Of a DNA stretch of 64,000 nt, positions 18,596 to 28,757 are shown piece by piece. How positions within the stretch are numbered: the stretch's first letter is position 1; every line of letters begins with the position of its first letter. A program made the translations under genes and the position numbers. Origin of the DNA: an uncultured beta proteobacterium (lineage in GTDB: Bacteria > Pseudomonadota > Gammaproteobacteria > Burkholderiales > SG8-41); assembly GCA_963802355.1 (NCBI GenBank), contig CAWDIV010000021.1, positions 41,847-105,846 on the forward strand. The letters run 5' to 3'. The notes beneath the pieces were generated by a model, which saw only the letters and a program-made list of their open reading frames with translations, did not search any database and had not been told where the DNA came from.

Positions 18596-18976
18596 TTACT
18601 TCTCGTCGTAATAGTGCACTTCGACCAGCAGGCAGCCGCTCTCGGACTTGAACGGCCCGTGCGGAGTGCCCGGCGGGCGGCAGGCGTACGTATTGGGGCC
18701 GAATTTCTCCCCCCCGTTGCCCTGCTTGTCGTTGCCGACGATGAGGTCGCCGGACACGAGGTAGACCTCTTCCCAGTAATCGTGCACGAACGGCTCCGTC
18801 GTGTACACGCCGGGCGCGAAGCGCAGGTGGCGCGTGCGGTGGCCGTGCTTGTTCTTCTCGTCGAGGGCCCCGGCGAGTATCTGCTGCTGTATCCCGGACG
18901 GATAACCCGCCGGCGTCTCCCAGCCCTTGCCGGGATCGGGACGGAAAAACTCCTTATGTTCCTTGTGGATGGGCAT
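18596..18976 (-). CDS. Cupin-domain protein
   Basis: 126 aa from MPIHKEHKEFF; beta-barrel-like composition with YWEEVYLVSGDL and GTPHGPF motifs. Confidence 0.7.
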   Translation of the reverse strand: MPIHKEHKEFFRPDPGKGWETPAGYPSGIQQQILAGALDEKNKHGHRTRHLRFAPGVYTTEPFVHDYWEEVYLVSGDLIVGNDKQGNGGEKFGPNTYACRPPGTPHGPFKSESGCLLVEVHYYDEK

Positions 18977-19110
18977 GTGGCTGCTCCCCCTCAGGTCAGC
19001 GCGCGCCGCTGCGCGCATTGCACGATGAATCGTAACACGCTGCAAATACCAGACCCGCCGTTCGTGGTCTAAAATAGCCCTCCCCCAATCGAGAACTTAT
19101 GGAGGCTTCC

Positions 19111-19764
19111 ATGGCATTACGCATAGGCGATGAAGCGCCGAACTTTACGGCCGAAACAACGGAAGGGACGATCAATTTCCACGACTGGATCGGGAACGGA
19201 TGGGCCATCCTGTTTTCGCATCCCAAGGACTTTACGCCGGTGTGCACCACCGAACTGGGCACCATGGCGCGCATCAAGGAAGAGTTCGACAAGCGCAACA
19301 CCAAGGTCATCGGCCTGTCCGCCGACCCGGTGGACGACCACAAGAAGTGGGCGAAGGACATCGAGGAAACGCAGGGCGCTGCCGTGAACTATCCGATGAT
19401 AGGCGATCCGGAGCTCAAGGTGGCGAAGCTCTACGACATGCTCCCCGCGGAAGCGACGCCCGGCAAGCGCACAGCCGCAGAGAACGCCACCGTGCGCACG
19501 GTGTTCCTGATCGGCCCGGACAAGAAAATCAAGCTCATGCTGTTCTACCCGATGACCACCGGCCGCAATTTCGAAGAGGTGGTGCGTGTGCTCGATTCGC
19601 TACAGCTCACGGCGAAGCACAAGGTCGCGACTCCCGCGAACTGGAAGCAGGGGCAGGACGTGATCATCGCCGGCTCGGTCAACGACGAAGACGCCAAGAA
19701 GCAGTATCCAGCGGGCTGGAAGGCGCCCAAGCCGTACTTGCGCATCGTGCCTCAGCCGAAATAA
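19111..19764 (+). CDS. 1-Cys peroxiredoxin (Prx6-like)
   Basis: MALRIGDEAPNFTAETTEG...FSHPKDFTPVCTTELG catalytic motif; GGAGG 6 nt upstream of the ATG at 19111. Confidence 0.9.
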   Translation: MALRIGDEAPNFTAETTEGTINFHDWIGNGWAILFSHPKDFTPVCTTELGTMARIKEEFDKRNTKVIGLSADPVDDHKKWAKDIEETQGAAVNYPMIGDPELKVAKLYDMLPAEATPGKRTAAENATVRTVFLIGPDKKIKLMLFYPMTTGRNFEEVVRVLDSLQLTAKHKVATPANWKQGQDVIIAGSVNDEDAKKQYPAGWKAPKPYLRIVPQPK

Positions 19765-19940
19765 GTCAGTAATCAGCTGGCCGTAGCTAGTTGGCAGTAG
19801 TGACAAGGAGCCTACCGAATACTGGAACTGATTTCATAAATGGTTGATGTTCATTCGACCCCGCGCAAGGCTGAGGAGAAACACATTCTTTGCAAGCTAG
19901 TCGGTGCCGGGCCCGATTTCTTGCGATCCGCTATCGTTAG

Positions 19941-19977
19941 GGTGTCAGGAACCCTAAACTCTAAGGTTCCTGACACC
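19941..19977 (-). repeat. REP-like hairpin GGTGTCAGGAAC-N12-GGTTCCTGACACC (same family as 9595-9630)
   Basis: Loop is the reverse complement of the 9607-9618 loop, so the orientation relative to the upstream gene is the same; about 25 nt after the restored methyltransferase stop. Confidence 0.8.
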
Positions 19978-20002
19978 CTGGTTACTCCATACTGCCAACT
20001 TT

Positions 20003-20588
20003 CTACTGTCGCTCGGGTATCGTCCAGAGATAAATCGGCCGCTCGCGACCGTTGCTGGTGATCCGAACGGTCTGCTGCGGCTTCCAGTCCCCCATGTCGT
20101 GCCAGTGCGAGACGACGCGGGTGCCGGGCCTGCAACTCGCGCAGGAGCTTGGGGCGCGCCTTGAGGTTCAACTCAGGCGACAGGAACAACATAACCACGG
20201 TCGCGTCGCGGATGTCGGTCGCCAGCAGGTCCTGGTTCAGGAACCGGACGCGGTCGGCCACGCCCGCCATTCGCGCGTTCTCCCGGCTTTCAGCGATGCG
20301 CTGAGGATCGATGTCCACGCAGACGCCGCGCGCGTTGTTGAACTGGCGCACCGCGCTGATGACGATGCGCCCATCCCCGCATCCGAGGTCGTACACCACG
20401 TCGCCAGGCGTCACGTTCGCCAGCCGCAACATGGCCTGCACGACATCCGTCTCCGACGGCTCGTATCGCACGTCCGGCGCCCGCAATGCCGGCGGCGCAA
20501 CGGCAGGCTCCTGCGCGCAACCGGGCCCGGCAAGGAAGCTCGCGGCCAGGATGCCATGCACAAGCACGCGTTTCATTTTGCGGAGCAT
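20003..20588 (-). pseudogene. Secreted class I SAM-dependent methyltransferase, frame broken once near 20127
   Basis: The VYDLGCGDGRIV SAM motif is intact. After LRELQ the family-like tail PGTRVVSHWHDMGDWKPQQTVRITSNGRERPIYLWTIP, with its stop at 20003-20005, is in the +1 frame. Confidence 0.7.
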
Positions 20589-20677
20589 ACCGCGAGCCTC
20601 GATCGTATGGAATGAGGGAGTAGGTTGATGAACGAGCGCGGCGTCGCTACGCCGGCGCCCATCGTTACGTGCAGCGC

Positions 20678-21035
20678 TAGTGTGCTGTCCCGTAAAAACC
20701 TTGCGTAAGTCGAAAGCCATCGCTGTACCGGAGATGTCGCAGTCTTCGCGCCATTCTTTGAAAGTATCGCGAAATCGGTGCCAGACGCGAAGCAAACCGC
20801 AGCCAGGTTGGACACCTGGCGAGGATTTGCGACAAAGTGTCCCGCGTAGGGCGGAGCAGGTTCCAAGCGTTGTGTGCTTGGATGCGACCCCGGAGCGGGA
20901 CGAACGCGCCCGATGCGCGGGACTGTACGCGCCTGTACGGTCGCATCCCCGGAAGCCCGGGGCCCCTGCTCCACGTTCCGGCGCGTCGCCGATTGTCTCG
21001 GGACTTTTACAGGTTATTTACGGGACAGCACACTA
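20678..21035. mobile_element. 358-bp non-coding element bounded by perfect 19-bp (24/25) terminal inverted repeats TAGTGTGCTGTCCCGTAAA
   Basis: Left TIR 20678-20696, right TIR 21017-21035, TA at both outer ends, no ORF inside; the right TIR contains the histidine kinase stop codon. Confidence 0.7.
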
Positions 21036-22856
21036 ATTTGCCGTATCGAAGACTTCGCGCGGCAAATGCACGATAGCCGATACCCGGCCGCCGGAGCGCT
21101 CGAAGTCCAAGCTCGCCTTCTCGTGCGGCAGCAGAGCGCGAACCAGACTCAGGCCGCCGCCATTGTCGGCGGCAGCGCGCAGGTTGGGGATGCGGGCGTC
21201 CGGCTCCACCTGGTTTTCGATTTCCACGATCACGCCCTGGCCTTCCCGGAGCGCCCGGATCTCCAGCGGCCCGCCCGTGCCGTGCTTGTGGGCGTTTAAG
21301 AGGAGCTCGTTCAGCGCCAGCGCCAGCGGCACGGACTCCGCTTCCCGCAGCCGCAGGTTCCCCAGACGGTCCTCGCCGTAGTCCACTTTCACTTTCCTCC
21401 CGAAGAGCGACTGGGTGTTTTCGCCGAGGCTCTTGATGAGGCTGCGCAGGCTGATGCCGCCGTTTCCGACCGCCTCCAGGCCGTGCATGGTGGCAACCGT
21501 ATAGAGCTGGGCTTCGAGCTTGGCGTTGATGTCCCTCATTTCCGGATGCTCGGCGGTGTGCTGGCGGAGCAACGCGACGACCCCGGCGAGATTGCTCTTG
21601 ATCCGGTGATGGATCTCGCGCACGAGCGTGTCGCGCTGCGCGACGATGCGCTGGATACGCCTCGCCTCGTCCCGCTTGTGCTGCGTGATGTCCTGGAACA
21701 CCGCCACGACGCCATATATCGCATTCTCGTGATCTACGAGGGGTCGCGCCGACATGGCGATGGTGCGTCCTTCGGCCCGCGCGCTGCTTTGCACGAAAAT
21801 CTCGGTGCGCTCGGTCACTTCGCCGTGCGCCGCTTTCACCAGCGGCAAGTCATTTGCGGCGAGGCGCTGGAGCGTGCCGACCCGGTGCAGGCCGTAGATC
21901 TCCGGCCAGCGATCCACCGGCGCATCGCCGGGATCATCGCCGAGGATTTTTTGCGCGGCAGGATTGAATTGAAGCACGCGTCCGGTAAGATCCGTGACCA
22001 CTACGCCGTCGTCCATGCTGTCCAGTATCGATTGCAGGAGCGTCGCCTGCTTTTCCATCGCCTGTTTCGTCTTCCGGGACGCTGCCTGATGATCGAGGGA
22101 CAGTGCCTCCGCCCGCTCGCGCTGCGCGTTTTGCTGCTCGAGCATCCCGCTCAGTTCCGCGAGCTTCCGGCTGCGCTCGTGCACCATGCCCTTCATCGCT
22201 TCGAGCGTATGCCGGCGGGTTTCGTCCTCGCGCTTGCGCTGCACGAACGGCGCGGCCTGCTCGAGAATCTTCTGCGCTTGCTGCACGAGGACAGCACTGT
22301 CGCTATCGCGTTCTTTCCTCCATAGCGACAAGACCGCGGTAACCTGGTCGGCCACGACCAGGGGGACCGCCAGCCCCGTTTGCAGCCCGCAGCGCTCAAG
22401 GGCAGCGGTATATTCGTTGGGCTTCAGATCTTCGAGCCTGACCCACTGCGGTGCTCCGCTGCGCAGCGCCTGCAACATGATGTCCAGCGCAGGATTCCTC
22501 GCAACGCCCGCAACCGCTTCGCGCAACCGGATGGCATCCGAGTCCGCGCCGTACCAAGACGGTGTGCGCAGGAGAGCCCGCCGGTTCTCGGAAGTCGCCC
22601 AGGCCTCCCCGTAGACCCAGCCCGTCGCATGGCATAGCCGCTGCAGCAACAGCGCGAGCGACTCCATGTAGGTCTCCGCCTGGTCGACCGCGAGCGCGAT
22701 CAACTGGACGGCATAGACGGCGTCGTTGCCGGAGCTGACGAGGGCGTCGACTTCGCCGCTGCGCAAAGCCCGCAGGATCTCCTGCGCTTCCGCGAGCCGC
22801 GCGGCTAGGCGCCGGTTCTCCTCGGTCAGTTTCTGCAGCTTCGAGTCAGCGGCCAT
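21033..22856 (-). CDS. Sensor histidine kinase (coiled coil, GAF-like, PAS, HisKA_2-type H-box EIHHRIKSNL, HATPase)
   Basis: 607-aa ORF 22 nt downstream of kaiB on the same strand. Confidence 0.85.
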   Translation of the reverse strand: MAADSKLQKLTEENRRLAARLAEAQEILRALRSGEVDALVSSGNDAVYAVQLIALAVDQAETYMESLALLLQRLCHATGWVYGEAWATSENRRALLRTPSWYGADSDAIRLREAVAGVARNPALDIMLQALRSGAPQWVRLEDLKPNEYTAALERCGLQTGLAVPLVVADQVTAVLSLWRKERDSDSAVLVQQAQKILEQAAPFVQRKREDETRRHTLEAMKGMVHERSRKLAELSGMLEQQNAQRERAEALSLDHQAASRKTKQAMEKQATLLQSILDSMDDGVVVTDLTGRVLQFNPAAQKILGDDPGDAPVDRWPEIYGLHRVGTLQRLAANDLPLVKAAHGEVTERTEIFVQSSARAEGRTIAMSARPLVDHENAIYGVVAVFQDITQHKRDEARRIQRIVAQRDTLVREIHHRIKSNLAGVVALLRQHTAEHPEMRDINAKLEAQLYTVATMHGLEAVGNGGISLRSLIKSLGENTQSLFGRKVKVDYGEDRLGNLRLREAESVPLALALNELLLNAHKHGTGGPLEIRALREGQGVIVEIENQVEPDARIPNLRAAADNGGGLSLVRALLPHEKASLDFERSGGRVSAIVHLPREVFDTAN

Positions 22857-22877
22857 TTATGCCTGTGCCTATGAAAG

Positions 22878-23207
22878 CTACGTTTTGCGCATATCGAGCC
22901 CGACGAGTACGCGCTCGACATTCGAAAGGTCGCCGATAATCTTTCTCGCAGGAACGGGGATCTTGCGTATGAGCGTGGGTATCGCAAGTATCTGGTCGTC
23001 ACGCGCGAGGCGTGGGTTTTTTACCAGGTCGATGACCTCTATGTGGTAGCGACCACCGAGGTGCTCCTCGCAAATCTGCTCCAGATTGCGGATCGCCGCC
23101 AGGGATCGCGAAGTCTGACCCGCGATGTAAAGGCGCAGTTTCCACGGCCGGCCGCCGTTGGGCTCGCCTCTTGAGGCGCTACGTTTCTTCGACTTCAAGC
23201 GCGGCAT
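22878..23207 (-). CDS. kaiB: KaiB circadian-clock-family protein
   Basis: 109 aa; [25 protein letters not shown]...[27 protein letters not shown], a thioredoxin-like KaiB signature. Confidence 0.9.
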   Translation of the reverse strand: MPRLKSKKRSASRGEPNGGRPWKLRLYIAGQTSRSLAAIRNLEQICEEHLGGRYHIEVIDLVKNPRLARDDQILAIPTLIRKIPVPARKIIGDLSNVERVLVGLDMRKT

Positions 23208-23221
23208 GTTGATTCCCCTCC

Positions 23222-24949
23222 CTATCGGCCTTGTCTGGAGATTCTCGCGCCATTGGCACGGCGGCTGGTTGCCAAAGCAACCCGGTCGCCGGCCGCGTTC
23301 TTCTTGCGGGACTCCGCATGCTTCAACGACAAGCCAGCTTCCCGTTCTTCTTGGTCTAGTAGGAGCGCGTGGATCTGCTTTTCCACCGCGCCCTGGGGGC
23401 GCTTCAGGGTCGTCAGCAGCCGGCGTTCGTCCTGATTGCGCGTGTTGGCGCCCTCGCGGTCGCGCGCCTCCTGCTGGACCCTCGCCGTTCCCGTCAGCAA
23501 TCCCGCCGCGCCGAGGTAGGGCGCGATCAGCTTGATCCCCCGGGAGGAGATGATGAATTCCCGGACCTGGTTGGAATGCGCCATGCCCCGCGACTTGAGC
23601 ACGTGGAGGCCGCGGTTACGCTCGCCGTTGCTCTCGATGTCGCGTACCAGCAGCCAGGTATCCATGAGCGAGGAGACATTCACGACGGTGCCTTCCTGCG
23701 CCGCACCGCCGCTCGTGAGGCTGGTGAACATACACGTGATCCTGGCTTGCTTGAGAAAATCCACCAGTCTCATGAGCATCGCCTTGATCTCGAGCTCGTT
23801 GCCGATCATTTCCAGATTGGTGACAGGGTCGATGATGACGGCGTCGGGCCGGTGCTGGTTGACGAGCTGGTGCATCATCGCGAGGTGCATCTCGAGGCCC
23901 TGCTCGGTCGGCCGGGATGCATGGAAGATCAGCCGCTTCTGATCCACCCATTTGCCGAGATTGAGACCGATCGAGGCCATGTTCCGCACGATCTGGCTCG
24001 ATCCCTCTTCGAAAGCGAAATAGAGGCAGCGCTTGCCAGAGCGGCAGATCGAGTCTGCAAAATACGCCGCGAGGCTGCTCTTGCCGGTACCCGCCGTGCC
24101 GCTCACCAGGACAGTGCTGCCTTTGTAGAATCCCTTGCCTTCGAGCATCTGGTCGAGCTCGGGAATTCCCGTCGACTGCCGTTCTTTCGAAACCGGGTGC
24201 TCGAGCTTGATCGAAGACAACGGCAGGACGGAAAACCCCCCTTCGCCGATCAGGAACGGATACTCGCTGCTGCCGTGCGCCGAACCGCGGTACTTCACCA
24301 CGCGCAGCCGCCGAACGGCATTCTGCTGGACGACGCGATTGTCCAGCAGGACCACGCAATCGGATACGTATTCCTCCAGCCCGTGGCGGGTCAACGTGCC
24401 CTCGCCCCGCTCGGCGGTTACGATCGTGGTCACGCCTCGTTCCTTCAACCACCGGAACAACCGCCGCAACTCGGAGCGCAGGATGAACTGGTTGGGCAGC
24501 GCGGAGAACATGATTTCGAGCGTATCGATGACCACGCGCTTTGCCCCGATACTGTCGATCGCGAGCCCGAGGCGCAAGAACAACCCCTCGAGGTCGTACT
24601 CGCCGCTTTCTTCCACCTCGCTGCGGTCGATCCTGATGTAATCCACAACCAGCTTCCGGTTCCGCACCAGGGTATTCAGGTCGAATCCGAGCGAAGCCAC
24701 ATTGCGCGCGAGCTCGTGGGGCGTTTCCTCGAATGCAATCAGCACGCCGGGTTCGTCGAACTCGACCGCGCCGCGCACCAGGAATTCGACGCCGAACAGC
24801 GTTTTTCCGCTGCCCGCCAAACCACAGACCAGCGTGGTCCGCCCCTTGGGCAGCCCCCCAAACGTGATCTCGTCAAAGCCCTCGATGCCGGTGGGCGCTT
24901 TGGCCAACACGCTTACGCCGCGGTTTGCAGCAGACCTCCGTGTTGCCAT
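23222..24949 (-). CDS. kaiC: KaiC double-RecA-domain ATPase/autokinase with a long C-terminal extension
   Basis: Two Walker A motifs ([16 protein letters not shown]), two catalytic EE pairs (IAFEETP, FAFEEGS), a VSSLMDTW phospho-site region and an extension of roughly 90-100 aa rich in charged residues. Start taken at [11 protein letters not shown]. Confidence 0.9.
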   Translation of the reverse strand: MATRRSAANRGVSVLAKAPTGIEGFDEITFGGLPKGRTTLVCGLAGSGKTLFGVEFLVRGAVEFDEPGVLIAFEETPHELARNVASLGFDLNTLVRNRKLVVDYIRIDRSEVEESGEYDLEGLFLRLGLAIDSIGAKRVVIDTLEIMFSALPNQFILRSELRRLFRWLKERGVTTIVTAERGEGTLTRHGLEEYVSDCVVLLDNRVVQQNAVRRLRVVKYRGSAHGSSEYPFLIGEGGFSVLPLSSIKLEHPVSKERQSTGIPELDQMLEGKGFYKGSTVLVSGTAGTGKSSLAAYFADSICRSGKRCLYFAFEEGSSQIVRNMASIGLNLGKWVDQKRLIFHASRPTEQGLEMHLAMMHQLVNQHRPDAVIIDPVTNLEMIGNELEIKAMLMRLVDFLKQARITCMFTSLTSGGAAQEGTVVNVSSLMDTWLLVRDIESNGERNRGLHVLKSRGMAHSNQVREFIISSRGIKLIAPYLGAAGLLTGTARVQQEARDREGANTRNQDERRLLTTLKRPQGAVEKQIHALLLDQEEREAGLSLKHAESRKKNAAGDRVALATSRRANGARISRQGR

Positions 24950-25330
24950 GGCACCTTTCTGGAAACGCCTTGTTATCCACGGGACGCTTGCAACGCGGCT
25001 GCCGCGTGAGTACGTTGCCTTGGCTCGCCGGCAGCGTGACGGCCTATGACGGCCCCATCCGATAGTAGCGAATGGCGAGAAGGAAGTATGTCGTTGCAGC
25101 ACTACGCGATGTAGTAGTTCGACAGGCTACTGTGCAGGAGCTGTGGATGAAAGCAGCCGCCTGACTGCGTGGCGAACCTCCGGAGAGAAAAGAAGTCCCG
25201 GATGCAAAACCAAAAAATACTCGGGGCGGAAATCCGCACTTGGAGCGCCTCCGTGTGGATAATGTGCTATCCCGCGAAGAGGATTCATCGTGCGACGGGG
25301 GGCACGGGGGGAACGGGAAGGCTCCGATGA

Positions 25331-25598
25331 AGAACCTATCTCAATAGTAGGCGCGTGATGCGTTGTGGCCAGGACGGACCGGATGCAAGGCGCCCGACGC
25401 AGGCCGTATGTCGATATGGTCAAGGAGGGCAACGATGCAGCCGATCGTCCTGGCCGCAACCCGTAGGGACGGGGCGATCTGGGCGCATTTCTTTGTCGGG
25501 AGCCCTCACAATATCGACATATTGCTTCGGACTCTCCTCCTCGAACTGCATCCCACCTCGCCTCCGTCGCACACGTGCCTACTATTGAGATAGGTTCT
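25331..25598. repeat. 268-nt structured repeat element, copy 2 (reverse orientation relative to copy 1)
   Basis: Closing helix AGAACCTATCTCAATAGTAGGC / GCCTACTATTGAGATAGGTTCT; collinear with the reverse complement of 374-641. Confidence 0.75.
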
Positions 25599-25629
25599 AG
25601 CCGGAAGGGGCCCGTTCCCCGCCGGTTAC

Positions 25630-26936
25630 TTACGGAACGTAGACCCATAAATCCAGCAGCACCGTGCAACCCGGCACCGGAAGAAACGGCACCTCGACCG
25701 CCGAGAATGGCAGATACCGCCCCGGCAAGTGCCGCTGCCACACCCGATATGCGGCGTAGAACTCGCCCAAGTCGGTGTGAAACTGCTGGATACGCACCGT
25801 GTTCTCGAGCGATGTGCCCGCGGCGCGACAGATCTTTTCCGCGTTGGTCAGGAGATAGTCCATCTGCGCCTGGATGGTCGAGCCGAAGAAAGGCTGTGCC
25901 GGATCGGGCCGGGCCGCTGCGATGAGGCCGTTCGGGTCTATGGCGAGCATTCCGGAAATGAGCAAAAGATCGCCGGCACGCACCGCCTGGCTGTGATCCG
26001 CCCATGCAGGCATGACTCCGGCCTTCACGACTTGCGCCCGGGTCTTGCCGGCGCTGCGCAGCGCGATCGTGTTGATTTCCACGCGCGCACTCTCGATCGC
26101 CAGTCCCGGGGTAGACATCGGGATCAAGCTCGTCGCCGGGAGATGCTTCGGAAAGTGCTTGCGCCACGCCTCGTTGAACGGCGCGAAGTCGGCGGTGTCG
26201 CGCAGGTACACCTGGCATTTCACGATGTCGGCGAGCGAGGATCCCGCAGCCTTCAACGCCGGTTCGATCTTGTGCTCGACGATGAAGTCCGTTTCGAGCT
26301 TGACGGGGGTTCCCTTCCAGAGGTGCCCGGCAGGCAGGCGTGCTTGGGGGGCGAGCCCGTCTCCGACGGAAAGCGCGTCCGCAATCCGTCCGGCGATGAA
26401 CACGAAGTCTCCCGCCGTGAGCGCCAGGCTGTAGCCGGAGCTGGCGTGGATCTGATGTCCCTTTGCGCTGACGTGCCGCACCTCCATTGCCTTCGCCGGC
26501 ACTACGGCGACCATCTGCACTTCGATCTCCTGGCCGGCAAGCAGGAAGCGTTGCTGCAGGATGGAGGTGCTGGGCGGAATGTGGCCTCCGAGCGCTGCGC
26601 GGCGCGCGGCATGATATGGCTCCACTGCGCGGTAGTCCGTGTAGGACCTGGTCCACCCGCGCGATGCTGCGAACATCGCTGCCGCCCGCCTTCAGGACGT
26701 TTCGGAGATTGAGCGAAGATCCGGTCGGACTCGCGGCGGTGCTTGGCGCTGTCCCAGGACGGAAGGCCGGGACGCAGCACGTCGGACGACATGCCGCTCA
26801 CGTGGTCGGCCGTTCCTTTGTGGCCGGTTGCAAAAATCCAACGCCCCGCCTTGACGCCGGGCGCGTAGCGGATTTCGCCTTTCGGCAGCGTAACGGGCAG
26901 CAGCGGCTTGACCGCCGGGCGGGAAGACTTAGCCAC
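25630..26936 (-). pseudogene. Triple RidA/YjgF/L-PSP-domain protein, two frame changes (about 26710 and about 26645)
   Basis: Domain 1 is split over three frames (…SDRIFA / NLRNVLKAGGSDVRSIARVDQ / YTDYRAVEPYHAARRAAL…). Domains 2 and 3 are intact in ORF 25630-26676. The proposed GTG start at 26936 lies inside a MITE arm. Confidence 0.65.
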
Positions 26937-27093
26937 GGAAACACACGGAAGCACACGGAAAGGACAGAAAACGAAATGCCCAGACAACGAACAAAATCAT
27001 TTCAGTACGCTCTTGCCCAGCCCGGATTCGTCCATCGCTGTCTTGGCTCTTGCTTTTCGATTTATCCGTGTTTATCTGTGTGTATCTGTGGCT
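26931..27093. mobile_element. MITE-like hairpin element, CACAGATAAA-arm family, copy b
   Basis: AGCCACGGAAACACACGGAAGCACACGGAAAGG ... GATTTATCCGTGTTTATCTGTGTGTATCTGTGGCT. Confidence 0.7.
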
Positions 27094-27141
27094 GATTCGC
27101 TTTTTATCCTAAATTCCGTGTGATTCCGTGGCCAAGCTTTC

Positions 27142-28107
27142 TCAATTCTGCGACGTCACACCCGCCGCCTTGACGAGCGGCGCCCAGCGCGCTACGTCTT
27201 CGCGGAGAAACTTCGCGAACGCCTCCGGCGTGCTGGAGCGCGCCTCGCAACCTGCGTTGAGGATGCGCTCCTGCACCTCGGGCAAACTCAACACGCGCAC
27301 GATTTCCGCATTCACCTTGCCGACGATGGCCGCAGGCACCCGGGCGGGAAAAACGGCGCCAGCATAGCCCGGTGCGTCGAACGCCCAGCCCGCTTCCGCA
27401 AATGTCTGCACGTCCGGGATGACACGGTTGCGCGCCTTTCCGGCTATAGCCAGGGCCTTCACCCGGCCCGCGCGGATGTGCGGCAATGCGCCGGGCAGGT
27501 TCGCGAAGATCGAGTCCACGCGGCCGGCCATGACGTCGAGCAGTCCCGGTGCGCTTCCGCTGTACGGCACGTGCACTGCGTCGAAGCCGGCCATCTTCTT
27601 GAACACCTCCATCGCGAGGTGCTGCGCGCCGCCCGCGCCCGAAGAAGCGTACGTCGGCGGCGGCGACTTCTTCTTTGCGTAGGCGACGAACTCCTTCAGG
27701 TTATCCGCCGGTATTTTCGGGTGGACCAAGACCAGGCTCGGATACTCGGCGATCATGGCTACGGGCGCGAAATCCCCCAGGCCGAATGCGAGCCTGGCAT
27801 GCTGCGTGAGCTGCAGAGAGAAGGGCTGGCTGATGAATCCGAGCGTGTAGCCATCTGGGGGGCTTTTCGCGACCAGCTCATTGGCGATGATCCCGTTCGC
27901 CCCGGGCCGGTTGTCGTAAACAATGGGCTGGCCCAGGTTCTCGGAGAGTCTCTGGCCGACCGTGCGGGCAAGGATGTCGGATACCCCGGCCGCGGGAAAA
28001 TCGATGATCCAGCGTATGGGTTTGGTGGGATATCCGTCGGTCGCAGCAGCCTGGACGGTTTGCTGCAATGCAGCAACCAGCAACACGCTCCAAATGCACT
28101 TCCGCAC
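27142..28107 (-). CDS. Bug/TctC-family substrate-binding protein
   Basis: KPIRWIIDFPAAGVSDILAR and C-terminal DVARWAPLVKAAGV; GTG at 28107 preceded by GGGGGAG (maximum ORF reaches 28143). Confidence 0.88.
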   Translation of the reverse strand: MRKCIWSVLLVAALQQTVQAAATDGYPTKPIRWIIDFPAAGVSDILARTVGQRLSENLGQPIVYDNRPGANGIIANELVAKSPPDGYTLGFISQPFSLQLTQHARLAFGLGDFAPVAMIAEYPSLVLVHPKIPADNLKEFVAYAKKKSPPPTYASSGAGGAQHLAMEVFKKMAGFDAVHVPYSGSAPGLLDVMAGRVDSIFANLPGALPHIRAGRVKALAIAGKARNRVIPDVQTFAEAGWAFDAPGYAGAVFPARVPAAIVGKVNAEIVRVLSLPEVQERILNAGCEARSSTPEAFAKFLREDVARWAPLVKAAGVTSQN

Positions 28108-28357
28108 CTTGATTTCTCCCCCGGACAACCCGTAATGCGGCACCGTTTGAAGCCGGGATTATACGTGACTCGTACGCAACATACTGTTGGCTATGACATT
28201 TATTACAAGCGGATGAAGAGAAATCGCTTGCGCTCGCCCCCCCGTCAGGTGCTATCTTATGTCCCACTCAGCATAATGGAGGCTGTGATGGTAGTGTGTT
28301 TTATTTCCGCTTCCGGATGCGCAGCTCCGCCCGATGGAGAACCTGAACGGTGAGGCT

Positions 28358-28738
28358 ATGCGCATTCCACTGACCCTTCTTATGCTGGAAGACCGTCTGC
28401 CGGATGCCGAACTCATCCTTCGTGAATTGCACAGAGCCGGGTACGAACCGCGATCGACGCGGGTAACCACCGAGGCGGAATTCACGGCAGCCCTCGCGAG
28501 CAATCCTGACCTTATCCTCTCGGATTCATCGCTGCCTCTTTTCAGCATGTCTCGAGCGTTGGCCCTGTTGCAAGAGCGTGGCCTGGAGATTCCGCTCATC
28601 GTCGTGACCGGCGCACCAGGATACGAGAGGGCGGACGAATGCCTCAAGCTCGGAGCAGCCGGCTATGTTTTGAAAGACGATCTAACCAACTTGCCGAAAG
28701 CCGTAAAGCAGGCACTCGAGAAAAAGCCGAGTAGCTAG
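28358..28738 (+). CDS. Stand-alone response-regulator receiver domain protein
   Basis: LLMLEDRLPDAE ... DLILSDSSLP ... IPLIVVTG ... GAAGYVLKD, a REC-domain pattern with no output domain. Confidence 0.8.
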   Translation: MRIPLTLLMLEDRLPDAELILRELHRAGYEPRSTRVTTEAEFTAALASNPDLILSDSSLPLFSMSRALALLQERGLEIPLIVVTGAPGYERADECLKLGAAGYVLKDDLTNLPKAVKQALEKKPSS

Positions 28739-28757
28739 AAGTGGCCTCAAAAACAAA

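Noticed and set aside
23369-25009. 546-aa ORF antisense to kaiC
   Set aside because: The opposite strand encodes an unmistakable KaiC. The antisense translation is low-complexity (Arg/Asp/His/Leu) with no motifs.
25127-26656. 509-aa minus-strand ORF spanning the structured repeat and the RidA gene
   Set aside because: It is an alternative frame of the RidA gene continued through non-coding DNA. Only a short stretch (VDQ...) corresponds to real RidA sequence between the two frame changes.
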